From Proteromonas lacertae (lineage: Eukaryota): a DNA stretch of 64,000 nt. The position numbers and the translations under genes were made by a program. The notes below the pieces were generated by a model. It had not been told where the DNA came from and made no database searches. It was given only the letters and a program-made list of their open reading frames with translations. Shown here in pieces: positions 50,801-64,000 of this stretch (positions are counted from its first letter, which is position 1; every line of letters starts with the position of its first letter). The stretch covers positions 434,001 to 498,000 of the forward strand of contig NGBS01000001.1 of NCBI GenBank assembly GCA_002245135.1, given 5' to 3'.

Positions 50801-53800
50801 CTAGAATATACTCTCACTTTATATTTAATTCTGGATGACAAATCATCAAAGATATATCTATAAGGTAATGTCATATACCAGTTATCATAATAGTATGGCG
50901 TTAATGTTCCATTTGCTACTTTATTACCTTTAGAATCTAATAATTCGAGATAAAATGCTATTATTTGTTTACCACCATCAGATACTGGATGATAGAATTC
51001 TACTAATAAACTTGTATTTGTCCAATATGATAATTTCACATTTCGTGGTGAACTTGGTAATTCATAACCTCTACCTATCATATAATTACTTGGTAAACTC
51101 TCTCCTACTGAATTGGATGTTGTTGAATACGCATAAATGTAATAATATGGATTGATATGATCTAATATTATACAATCAATACAATCTGGACCATATATTC
51201 TAACCTTTGGTTTGTCAGTAAATATTTGTGGTAATAATGGAACAAATGGTTCTAAAGGATTCATCATAATTGTATATGAACAAATTCCAAATATAACCTT
51301 CAGGAACATACAATGTGTAATTATCATCATCAATATTAATATTTCTACCTAACAATGATTCGTGATCTCCTAATACAAATGATTCATTTCCTATGTAAAC
51401 TTCTTGTAAATGTGTTGTAACATAACCGCCATACATTTCTATATAATCGATTGTTTCATCTTCTACTACAACCATACCAATTTCAACTTTACCATGACTT
51501 GTTCTTTTAACATCTACTACATTCAAACCTGTTAATTTTTCTAATACACTTCTCATATCTGCTTCTTTTATGTTAAATATCATTGGTTCACTTATTTCAT
51601 CTTTATATTTTACTCTAAATACATCTGTTATTGAATTACCACAAGGAGACTTATGATCTTCTGAATAACTAGCTATTATCTGTTGTCTTAACATTATTGT
51701 ATCATTATATACTTCTTTACTTAACAAAGTAGTGTTCATTGCACGATTTATATCATAATACACAGCAAATTCTGTAATATAATCACCTCTATTAAAACCT
51801 GGTTTGATTGTAGCATATAATTTAGATGAAGTTGGATCTTTACCACTTACTTTCTCATATATAAACAATGTTGTATATTCTCCAGTTAATAATTCAGGAT
51901 ATCCACGTATTAAATCCATATTCATACCTGATAAACTATCACGGAATGTAACTAACCATTCATAACCACCATCATGATCTGGTCCAATTCGTTCTACTTT
52001 TGCATTGTCAATTCCTTTCAACTGCATCAATTCTTCAGCTAATACTTCACTTGTTACATTATATGGTAAAATATTTGTTCTTTCATCTAAATAAGATAAT
52101 TGGAATGAACCACCAACACGATTGTATTTATTCAATACTTCTTTATAATAGTTCTTACCAATACCTTTGATATTGAATATATCAACTTCATATTCTTTGG
52201 GTTCTTCTGTAAATGATACTGTCCAAGTATAACTATTTGTTTCATCTGGACCTAATAAGACTGTTATTTCAACATTATCACCTAATACTTCTTTGAAATT
52301 ATCAATTGTTGGTGGATATATGAAATTATATTCTGTATTATTGGATATAAGTGATATATTTCCTTTCAATTCATTTGCATTACTTATAGTTATAACATCA
52401 CATTTTGTACTTCCATTTGTTAAACATATTAATGGATCAACATCAAATGATTTTGTGTTAAATACGATTGTATAATAATAACCACCTTCTAAATCATTTT
52501 CACTTCTTAATATACCTAATTCACCAATATCTGGTAAGAATTCTAATTGTTCTTTCAATAGAACTGCACTTGTACCTGGAGTTATTAATTCATTCACATA
52601 TTTTCTATTATTTGTAGATGTGTAATTTCTATGATTAACTTGCTGACATTGTGAATCTGTTAATATCACTTCTAAATCACCATAATCAGTTGTCATATTA
52701 GGAGGGAATATCAAATGAATATTAATAAATGATTGTTTTATCTCTATAAACGCAAATGCATCTTCATCAAAAAATTGAGTGAAATTTGTAAAAGTTTCTT
52801 CATCTCTTATGTTTATACAATCAGATTCTGTTCCATTCAATTTCAATCTCAATTCTCCTGATGGTATTGCTCTATCATACAATCCATAGATATTTATCTT
52901 ATATATCAATTGATTAGCATATAATTCTATACTATCATTTACTTTGTATTTTATATTAAACTTATCAATTACTACACCTGGTTTACTGTAAAGATGAATC
53001 ATTTGTCTTTCCAATATCCTTGTACCATTCACTGTAATACGATGTAATTCATTAATCTTCTTTGCAACTATTCTAATGGATTGGAATTTCTTCTTCATAA
53101 ATTGATGGACTAAGACTTACAAATGTTGGTGGATCTGGAATATCTTTCATTATGAAGAAAACTGTATCAGAATATTCAGTATATCGAGTATTACCAAATT
53201 CATCTTCATATCTCAAAACAACTCTAATATAATAAGGTACACCATATTCTAAACCATATATTGTCACTTGATTCTCTATTTCACCTTTAATATATAAATC
53301 TGAATCACTTAGTATCATATTCTGTACTGAATGGACATTTCATATACGATCTAATACTTCCAACTGATATTTTATTTGTACCAAATGACACTCTATATTT
53401 ATAACCAGTTACTACATAAACATCAATTTCATCATATTTTTCACTTGGAACTATCGGCTGAGAGACTTTCAATACATTTGTACTTAAATCAGCATCTTCT
53501 GGTATATGATAAACTGGATTAACTCTATATATTGGTTTATTAGCCACTGACAATGGACAAGTTGCTCGACTGATTGATGATGAAGCTCCATATATTTCTA
53601 CACCGTTATTTGTTAAATTGTTGAAAACCATCTCAGTTACATCAGAACCATCACCATGAGTATAACAATTTGGTTGTTTATATAATCTGAATTTTATTCC
53701 TAAACTCTTACAATCTCTATTTGGATCACTGGCATATTTGTTATAACATCCTGCATCTATGACATATGCTTTATACTTAACTATTAATCCTTCTCTATTC

Positions 53801-56800
53801 CTTGTCTGTGTTGTATTTAAATAAACACCATATCCTGATAAACGAGTAACTGTATCTTCTAATAATATTCTTTCACTGTTCTGCATAAAACAATCAGATT
53901 CTGTACCATTCTCTGTAACTATTCTGAATGATAATGATTCTCCCGTTGCTTCACCAAATTTGATACTTGATTCTGAATAGAGTGTTCCTAATGGACAAAT
54001 ATCATTTAATTGAATCATTTTTTCAGTATTTTCTGTTGGAGTGTATGAAATTGTATTTATTGAAGTACATAAATCATATGTAAAGTTTCTATTAATAATA
54101 GTCATATCACCACTATTAAAATTGTTATTGGAAAAGAAACTTGTCAGTTTTTCAGCATCTGTATTTGATATACATCCTGAAATTCCTCCATTTTCGTATA
54201 TTAAAATTATATTTATATTCGCTATTTAGTGTTGATAAATTGAATTTATTACTTGAAAATGAACATAATGTTGCATCCATTACACCTTTTAATTCCTCAT
54301 TAAATACATACGAAATATCACCTTTATCTTCTCTGTAATATCTGAAAGGGTCAAAGGTTTTTACTTTTCCAGTTTCTAAACAATCTGATTCATAAACATC
54401 TTTATATCCTTCAGTATAACTAAATCCTTCTCTATACATTAACTGATAATAAACATCTTCCTCTTCCATCTCATTGTGATTGAATTTATATGAATACATT
54501 GGAATATAAGTAAACTCAACTGTCACTTTTGGATGTGAGATATTAACAACAATAAAGTCAATTTCTTTGGTTGTTGCTATATAAACAAGTTGTTGATTCT
54601 TTACACGATCTAAATATACTTTTGTATCAACTTCTCTACTCTTTGTTTCTTCAAACATTTCTTCAAATTCATTAGATACTATAGTTGAAAGAGTTGGTGT
54701 AATTTCTTTATTATTTACTATAATTTGATCAAGTATATCATATGTGAAATTATATCGATAATTATATGTTTCTACTTCATAATCAACTATTGTTAAATTC
54801 TCATCTTCTACTCCATTAATACAGGAAGTAAAATAGATATTTGGCTGAGTTTTCATACCTTCTATATATAATATAACATTATTCTCTGTATCTGGATATG
54901 CAATTACGGTTATTTCATTTGAATGACTTCCTGTTGTATCAACATCATCAGTTGGATCATTGAAATAGTTGTTAAATGTATTAGTTAATTGTTGACTGAC
55001 ATAATCATAATCATATAATTCACTATTCTTAATAAATGATAAACACATATCAGTTATAAATCCACGATCTATTTCTGTTTCTGTAGATTCTTCTTCTTCT
55101 TCTTCCAAAGTCTCTGTTCCTGTCAATAATTCTTCTTCCTCTAATGTTTCTGTTCCTGTCAATGATTCTTCATCATCATTTCCTCTCAAACTGAAATATT
55201 TCTTCACTTTTTCTGCTAATGTTGTTTGAGGTATTTTATCTGCGTCAACTATTGTAAAATCAAATACATTTAAGAAACCAGTCACATTAATCTTATACAT
55301 ATAACTATTAACACTGATATTAGTCAATTCAATTTTGACATTATCTCTTTCTTGTCTTACATAAAACTCACTATGATTAATGATTGGAGCGTCAGGTAAA
55401 CTGTAAATATTCAAATTCTTTACAACATTCATTTGCATCTTGGTTACTATATTCGTTTCTTTCTATTTTGAATCTATCACTTCCTAAAACTCTTTGAATA
55501 TCATCTTCATTACTCAAATCATTATTACTAATTACTGCAGAAGCATTTTGCATATACACAAGATGATATTTTCCTTTTGCATTTTCTCCAAAACTAATGC
55601 TAACTTTATCAGCAGTTGAATTATCAATTAATTCATAGATTGGACAATCGTACATTTCTAATAACTGAGCATCTAATCTTCCTTCTTTCTTTACATTCTT
55701 ATACACTATTGTATATTGTATTGTCTTTTCATCAGGAGTTAATATTTCTACATCTATATCTGTTTTTGATATTACTTCTTTAGTTTTCACTTGTATTAAA
55801 TCTATAAACAAGTTAATAAATGTTGTTGTATCATATATTCTATCATAACATCCATAATTCTTTTTATTATATATAACTCCAATTCTACTAATCTTTTTAC
55901 CTGTTGTTGATGTTACTTTAATTGTAATATTTGGTGCATAATCATTTAATACTTGATAAACTCCTCCATTAATATAAACTTCACTTCCAACTCCTATTAA
56001 ATAATGGAAATTATCATTTTCAAAATATCCATATTCTGATGTAGCAAATGAAATAGATCCTAAATCTATATCACCATTTCCACCATGTAAACCACCTGAA
56101 TAACCATTTAATCTTATATCTGAACCTCTTATGAAATAATCTTCCCATTTTTCACCTTCAGGTAATATAATTTCATCTCTTCCTCTTGAAATTCTTACTT
56201 TTTTATCAATTGTTTGACTAAATATTGGCATTGGATCAGTAATTGACGTAACTGATATTTGTGGAACACTAGCAAATGCATTCTTTAAGAATTCACTGGA
56301 ATACGGTGTGTATGATACTGTATAAGAATAAATTGTTTCCTTTGTAGTTGTATCATCATTTCTGAAGTAATATTGACATAAATTGGTATATTCATAAGTG
56401 CAATGATCATTAGATTTAATATTCCATTTAATATCATTAACTGTAACACTTAACGATGGTCTTTCAACACAAGCTCCTATTGGTTGTGAATATATACCTT
56501 TATGTGCTCCTAATTGAGCAATTATTTGTATTGAAATATTATAAGATCCTTTTCCTCTCTCTGTAACTACAGAATAATCACCTTTCACCTCAACATTTAC
56601 TCTTATTATATAAGATGAGTTTTCATATTGTGTAAATAGTTTATCTTCTATTATTTCCGGTCTATCATGTTCTACACTAACTATAATATTTGATGGTGGT
56701 TTTTTATAATCTCCAATTGCTAAAACTAAATCACCTCTTAATGGCTCTGCTCCTGTTTGTACTATTGTTTCATTTATATTTGGTTTACTAGATACATAAG

Positions 56801-59800
56801 TTATTTCATCTAAATTTTGAGTTGTTTTATCAAAATTACCATTTGTTGGTGGATAAGTATCATATCTATTTATAAAAGTAAACTTATAACTATTTTCACC
56901 ATATTCACTACACGTCTTTACAGCTTCAATCTTTGTAATTGCTGAACAATTATCTAACAAATGTTGTTTATCAAGTTGTAATATATCATTCTCTATTGTT
57001 ATTGAACAATTCTCAGAAAAGTCGATTGTGAAATTACCTCCTACTGCTTTACCTCTTTCTCCTTCTGTATGTACTATTGTTTCTCCTTCAATATTTAACA
57101 AATGAGATATAATTGTAAATGGTCTTGTACAATCTCCATTTGTAGGATCTCCATTACATAAATCACCTGGTGAATAATTTCCTTCAATACATACTTCTCC
57201 AATATCATTCTTTTCAACATCTCCATCTGGTAAAAATCCAATAGTCCATTTAAAACTACCAGTATTATTGTTTACTATTTCACGAATTACACTATACTTA
57301 TTCCAATTTGTCAAATTACCTAATTTCTCTACAAATGTACTTTCTTTTTCATTCCAAACAATAGCATCTTTTACCATTGATTTTGCTTTTGTTAAACACA
57401 ATTGACATTCTGTTGTATCAATCTGTAAATAGAAAGTTCCATTAATTGGAAAAGTACCAGGTATTATTGTCTGATTCACCATTGATTCATTTCTATGATC
57501 TACTGGATATGTGAATATTGGACCTTCATTAACAGCAGGTAAACCTTGAGCACCAGCAATTGGACCAAATACAAAATTACCTTCTGTCTCATTGAAATAC
57601 ATCTCATTGTTGTTAAAATCAATATACCATAACTGACAATTCAATCTTGGTGGATATTGAATAATCTTTGTAACATTAAACCTATTATCTATATCCTTAA
57701 CATCATATAATTCACCAAATGCTTTTATAATCTCTTCTGTTGTGAAATTAAGACAAAATGTTGTACCTTTACTTCTATATGTTCTTAGAATAAAACAATC
57801 TCTCAACATACCACCTCTACTTACTTCTACAACACTTACATTCAAAGCAATTGCTAATAATGTTGTTCCATCTCCACTAACTTGTATTTCTTCAACTTCA
57901 CCAGCTACATTATCACCAACATATTCTAATATAAATGTATAACCTCTTGCTGCTGTTAATGAATCATTTAGTATTGAAACTGTTATATTGCCTTCACCCC
58001 ATCCTATATCTAATGCATTTTGAATATTAGTAGCTGTATCATTTCTATTATATACTATTGGTCCTACTGTTTGTCCTTCAAATGTTAAGTTAAATTCTCC
58101 ATGTATTTCATTACCTTCTACTAAAGTTTCAGAAGAATATATTAAACCATATTTCCTTCCTTCTACAACTATTCCTGTAATATTTGGATGATTACCATTG
58201 TATGTAGTATAATTAACAGTTATTCTCAATCCACCTCGTTTTAGATTCTCTATTTCAATTATCATTATATCATCTACACATTCTTCACACAAATTATAAA
58301 TATCAGTGAAATTGTCAATAGTACCTCTGTCTTCATAATCTGGAACTTCAAATGTAACGTTTCTACCATTCTGGAATATAACTGTCACATTAGATTCATC
58401 CATGAAATAATTATTTGAACCTTCATCTTCATAATAGTATATTTCATCTTTATAATCATCACCATCTAAAGAAACTTTAATCCATTCAAATTCAAAATTG
58501 GCTTTTCTGAAATACAATTTATACATAATACCATTATATTCTCCAAATTGTTCCATTGTAACATTTACATCTTCAATATATGGTTCTTCAAGGTTTGTAC
58601 CAAAATATCTATAGAACATGCTTTGTACTTCTAATATATCAGATTTGTAAGGGAATGTAATACTACCATTACTCTTTGGTTGATAATTGTTGTATAAATC
58701 TCTCATCTTATATTCGAATGTTACATTTCTATTACTCTCTATCTTTTTACCATAAGTTTCATATTTCACAGTTGCACATGGATTAACAGTATTTCCATCA
58801 CTATCTTTGTTTTTTACTTCTATTAACGTTAAATTACCTACTATCTTATTAAATGTACAATTGTATGTCAGTGTTTGTGTAGATATAACAGACTCACATT
58901 TCACTAAAAAGTTATCAGACATTAATATAGATCTAATTGCAGTTTCTAAATCATATTGTGAAAAAACAACACTATTTTCCTGTGGGAACTCCACTGTAGG
59001 AGTCTCAGGATTATATACATTCAGTGCTTTATAAGAATATGTTGTAATTGTATAATCTGTATCTCCAGTTAATGTAGTATGTATAACATTACCACCATTA
59101 TAACATTGAGAGAAATTGAATATCATACTTGCTTGTTCATATCCTGTCAGTTCAATACCAAATGAAACATTATAATACTCTGTATCAGCTGGAATAATTG
59201 AAAACTGTTGAACTTCTGTTATATTATCAGCAGTAAACTGTATTGATTGAATTTCATCATGTCTTACTTTCTCTTCAGTTCCTAATTCAATTGTTAATTT
59301 AGTCTGTTCAACTGGAGCACCTTGTGTTTGTATTTCAAATATTGGATATGATCCATTTATACCATCAGCTAATGATAATTTATACTCTCTAACTTCATTT
59401 CTTGTTTCATATGGAATTTCAAATTCAAAATCTTCTAGTGAAACTGGACTTCTATCTAAAGTAATCATCTGTTCCTCACCAATAATCTTCGCTTCAGCAT
59501 ATGTAATCAACGCAGTATCATTGAAATACTGATCTGGTGATACTTCTACAATATAACCAACTAATTTATAACCTCCATCTTCTTTTGGTAAATCCCATTC
59601 AACCACAAATCCATTCTCTATTACTTCTTTAACATGAACATTCTGTGGTTTTTCTGGTGGTTGATTCTTAAGATCATCAGCTATTAATATCTCTGAGAAT
59701 GGACTAATACCAATTATATTTCTACAGGAAATTCTGACATATCTAACAATACCAACTACTCTATTATCAACATAATATGAGAATGTGTTACTATCTACTG

Positions 59801-62800
59801 ATATTGTTGTTGAATTGGTAAATAATGAATCATAACTTGTTTCTATTATGTATTCTATTATATCTAATCCTAAATCATTGAATTGTTCATTTAATATTGG
59901 TTCTTCCCATAATACTTGGAACATTTTGGCTGACACAATTCTATATCTTACATTCATTGGAGTTGGTGGTAATAAAACACTCATATCATCAAAATATGGA
60001 ATATAAATGAAATCTATTGGTGAATAAATGGTATATAATCTAATATAATTAATTGAATAATAATCTATATCAAGAATAAACTCGAAGAATTCTGTTAGAT
60101 TACTCCAATGTATAAAATCTTCTATTTCTATTACATGTTTTGTATTTTCACTCAATTTTCTAAAATCATAAGAACTTTCATCATTATTATATAACATCAT
60201 TGGATTCTCAGATTTAATTGAATACTCCAACATATATTTATTGTGAATAGTATAATTTGAAAATATTATCTTTACCTTATATTCATTTTCTATTGGTAAT
60301 ACTAACAATGGTAAAGATTGATAATGTGGTGTATATGTCTTTGGTTGTGGATAAACTGCTTCACTGAAACCTCTTGTATTAATACTTTGAATAAAGAATG
60401 TATAACTCAATGAATTATTAACATTGGTTAAATAATAAGGTGAATAGAAATTTGGTATAATATCGTTAATAACATTCCATGTTGAATCTTGTAATAAATA
60501 AACTGCATATTCCAACGAAGGACCTGATAAAGTATATCTCTTTATTAGAATTGGAGAAATTGCATGATAAGAATCTATAAATGTGATATACCATGTATAA
60601 CCTACACCATTTCTATATCTTTTAATATCAATATGACCAATATCTCTTAATTGTTCCATTGCTATCTTTAGATCATCTTCATTTACATTGTATGGTAAAC
60701 TGTATGTACATTCTAATTGATGATCTATTCTGTAATAACATAACTCAAATGAACCACTTAATGAAGGTAAACCTGTTGATATTCTATTAACATAGCCAAC
60801 AATTCCAAAATCATCATAATAATTCTCTTTATTCTCTATAAATTCTATTAATGGAACTTCACCAATATGAGCTATAAATGTAATATCACATTCTGATCCA
60901 TTTCCTTTACATGATACATCAATTTGACCTAAATCTGTATGAATCAATGAATTTAATTTATCTTCTATATTTCTCTTTAATATTTCATCATCATCTGAAT
61001 ATGCAATATTCTCTGTTATTTCATCTCTATATTTCAATCTGAATGTCTTTATATTCACACTCTTATTAAAGAAAATACCATGAATATCTTTATAATCTAT
61101 ATAATCTAAATTATTAATATAACTTCCTGAGATTGTGAAATTCTGTATTTCATTAATTCCTTCTTCATTATAATAGGATAACTGATATGCATAAACTGGT
61201 GGATTAGATGTCTTTCGTGGTATACCACTATGAATTGTAAATACATCTGATGAATTCAATTGAACATATAAATAAGTTGGTGGTTCTGGTAATGATGATA
61301 TTGAATATTGAACTATTTCACTATATGGACTTCTTAAACCAAATTCATTTACAGCTGAAACTCTGAAATAGTAATTTGTATCAGGTTCTAAATCAGTTAA
61401 GTATATTTCAAATGGTTCTGTTCCTCTTTCTATTTGAGTTACTTCCACTGTTAATCCAGCAGATGGATTAAGTGCAACTATTGGTGATAAATTACCAAAT
61501 CCTTTAACTATTTCGTAATACATATGTGTAAATTCAACAGCATAATAATCTTTACTTATTTCTTCTATTTCTATCTTATCAACTGTTGGGAAACTCAATA
61601 TTGTTTCTTTTAATACTTCAACTATATTTTCACTATCACTATCCAATGAAATATTATATAATCTTGTTCCTTCAAACATTAAATCTATTGTTCCTTTTCC
61701 TGTTATATGTAACATCTGCTTTTCATTTGTATAATCACCTGGAACTATTCTACAAGAACCAGATTGTATCTTTTCAATATTCAAATATCCAAAACTATCT
61801 GATTTCACTTCAAATAAGTCTAAATCACTACAAACATTTGGTAATAAGATTGTATATGATTTATAATAACTATCATTATTGTAAATACATACAACATCTT
61901 CTAAATCACTAATACCAAATAGTTTACTCAAATCTGATGATGATATATTCCTACCAACTGTTACATTTATTGTTTTATCTTTATATTTCAATTCAAATGT
62001 TTTCCCTATTTCAATTGATGTATTTATCATCTGAATTTCATCTTTCCATGCAATATTCACCTGTTTATACAATTCTGAACTAAATGATGGATTTATATCA
62101 TATTCTATTATATATTTACTAATATTTCTACCACCATTGTATAATGGAGCTCTATAATAGACATAAACTCTGTTACTATAATCCTTTGGATTGATTATCA
62201 ATGATAATGGTTCAGTTGATGGATATTTATCTTCTAATGTAAATGTTATTATGGATTCTTCACTATTTGGTGTATCTGCATTATTATGAGCTATTATTGA
62301 CACATAATACTCTTTATTAGGTTCTAATCCTGTTAATAAAACAGTATTTGGATTTCTACCATCTGGATAAACCACTTGACCTTTCGCTCCAATTCCTTTG
62401 ATATTGAACTTGACACTCAATTTTGTATAATCTATACTGTTAAATCCAAATAACAATCTAATCTTTGAACCTGGTGGTTTACGATATACATCAACAACTG
62501 TAGCTTTCACTTCACCATCATTATAATCTTCTTCATCTTCTCTTTCTCCTAATTTTTCTTCTATCTCATCCATAATTCTATCAGTTGTTGTATAATTAGA
62601 TGATAATATATAATAATCATCTTCTATACCAATAATTTGATAATTCTTATTATTTATAGTAATTATCATATCTTCTTCGATGTTATCATATAATTTTGAG
62701 GGATATAAATACCAAATATCACTATCATTCTGAACTAAAATAGCTTTATCATCTAACTGTTCACTAATTGGTAATACACTTGAATAGAAGTAATCTATAC

Positions 62801-64000
62801 CATCCATTGATGTGAAATACTTTTCTATTCCTTCAGTATTGATATTATCACAGGATATAGTTAAGTTATTATCATCATAATCTATTGAAAATTCTCCTGT
62901 TATTTCTCCTACATCTGCTGTTACTGTTATATATAAAGGTCTCATTATTATTATATCGCATGAAATATGTTGGGTATTTATATACAACATATTCTCTATT
63001 CTATTTGTATTGAAGATAATATCATAAACAATTAAGTGTCTTGGTTTTCTTACTTCTGTTGTTCTTGTTATTGAAACATCAATACCAAATACATCATTAA
63101 ATAATTTCTCTAATTCTTCAGGTTCAACATCAACTTTAATATTTGAAATTGTTAATTCATTATTATATATTATATCAAAAGTTCCACTGATTACTTCATC
63201 ATTAATTGTTATAATCACAATACTTTGAATATCTGAATTCTTTGAACATATTGATGGTGTTTCTACCAAGTTATGATAAGTATTACAATTATCACCACTA
63301 GATCCAACTTGAATTGTCTTTATTTCACCACTTCTTTTGTTTATATTCTTATTCTTATATACTATCTTATTATTATTACTTTCATATTCTTCATCACTTT
63401 CTTCTAATACACTCAATAATCTATTGTTACTATTTGGATTGGTATATTCACCATATGTAACTGTATAATATGTAATAGGACTTCCATGACTATTTGGTTC
63501 ATTAAATGATAATATTGCTTCTGTTGGAGATACTGGTGTAATTGTCAAATTACTTGGTGAATCTGGTCTTGATTTTGGTGAAACTGTCAATAATGATGGG
63601 TTGTGTTGAATAATCTTATAATGTGATAAACCATAACCATTTAATTTCTTACTATAGCTTGATACTCTAAAGTGATATGAATAATCACTATTTAAATAGG
63701 GTATTACTATATCTTTATGTTCAGGTTGGACTAATTGTTGTATTGTTTCTACTGAACATTTATAATTCCATACATTACAGTCAGCTTTCAATTCTTTTTC
63801 TTCCATTAATGATAAAAATGTGATTGTAAATACTTTGTAGGTATTTGTATCAATAACTGTTGTTACATTTACTAAACCATAATCAAATGAATATTCAAAT
63901 TGGAACTTTATATCTTCAGAGTTTGAATTGTATGGAATTTCTATATCATTTAATGAATAAGATGGTAATGAATCTATTCCATTATTTCCTCTTTCTAAAC
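47839..64000 (-). CDS. Giant intronless fibronectin type III / EIQ-repeat protein (>5,300 aa, 5' end outside window)
   Basis: Repeated FN3 hallmarks (P..P...W..P..DGG..I..Y.IE, L.P...Y.FRV.A.N..G.S) and many N-x-S/T sequons. The frame is open to position 64000. The six ORF pieces join by five +1 breaks, not by introns. Confidence 0.85.
55091..55163 (-). repeat. 36-nt tandem duplication encoding LTGTETLEEEE(L/E) twice
   Basis: TCTGTTCCTGTCAAT recurs 36 nt apart, and the repeat is visible in the translation. Confidence 0.85.

Noticed and set aside
51215..54230. Euplotes-style +1 frameshifting triggered at the stop codon
   Set aside because: At 51260, 53083 and 54200, repeat consensus and codon usage place the shift several codons upstream of the stop, and there is no common AAA-TAR signal.
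1797..61912. Short antisense or alternative-frame ORFs in the track (e.g. 1797-2003, 6295-6594, 46331-46648, 61586-61912)
   Set aside because: They are shadow ORFs opposite real genes in AT-rich DNA, with no recognisable motifs.
1..64000. Alternative genetic code (stop-codon reassignment) as the cause of fragmented ORFs
   Set aside because: Nearly all breaks are explained by tiny GT-AG introns. TAA, TAG and TGA all end genes, and the 2804-aa ORF has no internal stops.
1..64000. CRISPR arrays, tRNA, rRNA, telomeric repeats, retroelements
   Set aside because: I saw no spaced direct repeats, cloverleaf or rRNA signatures, or RT/integrase motifs. Small RNAs could be missed by eye.

Overview
This is very AT-rich, gene-dense eukaryotic nuclear DNA. 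Most genes are broken by tiny (about 23-45 nt) GTAT...TAG introns, which explains the fragmented ORF track. The tiny introns, GT-rich TGTTTGTT-type 3' motifs and a minor-spliceosome-type intron suggest a Blastocystis-like stramenopile (Opalinata), but this is inference. Manual splicing gives about 24 genes: MRG/Eaf3 (partial), a stand-alone voltage-sensor-like protein, a giant SPRY-HECT E3 ligase, LEO1, a type I membrane protein, three tetraspanin-like paralogs, SDHAF4, BUD32, an intronless P-loop protein, a thioredoxin-HIP fusion, CCDC103, an amino-acid transporter, a BTB-BACK-helical repeat-LRR protein, HOOK, a pseudo-14-3-3/EF-hand fusion, a Cramped/TKI1-like protein, ICMT, a SANT protein, a degraded glycosyltransferase, a pseudokinase, two hypotheticals and a >16 kb intronless FN3 giant. 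Six observations stand out. (1) The BTB-LRR gene has 28 of 29 introns in phase 1, 18 of them at one LRR position, giving swappable 84/90-nt repeat exons. (2) A palindrome with 1339-bp arms carries tetraspanin-like genes and shows signs of arm homogenisation. (3) The FN3 giant has a nested, 'there-and-back' domain architecture. (4) About 12 reading-frame breaks all need exactly +1; these are probably assembly insertions but need checking. (5) ICMT has an AT-AA U12-type intron. (6) CCDC103 may get its stop codon from polyadenylation. I saw no tRNA, rRNA, CRISPR array or transposase.
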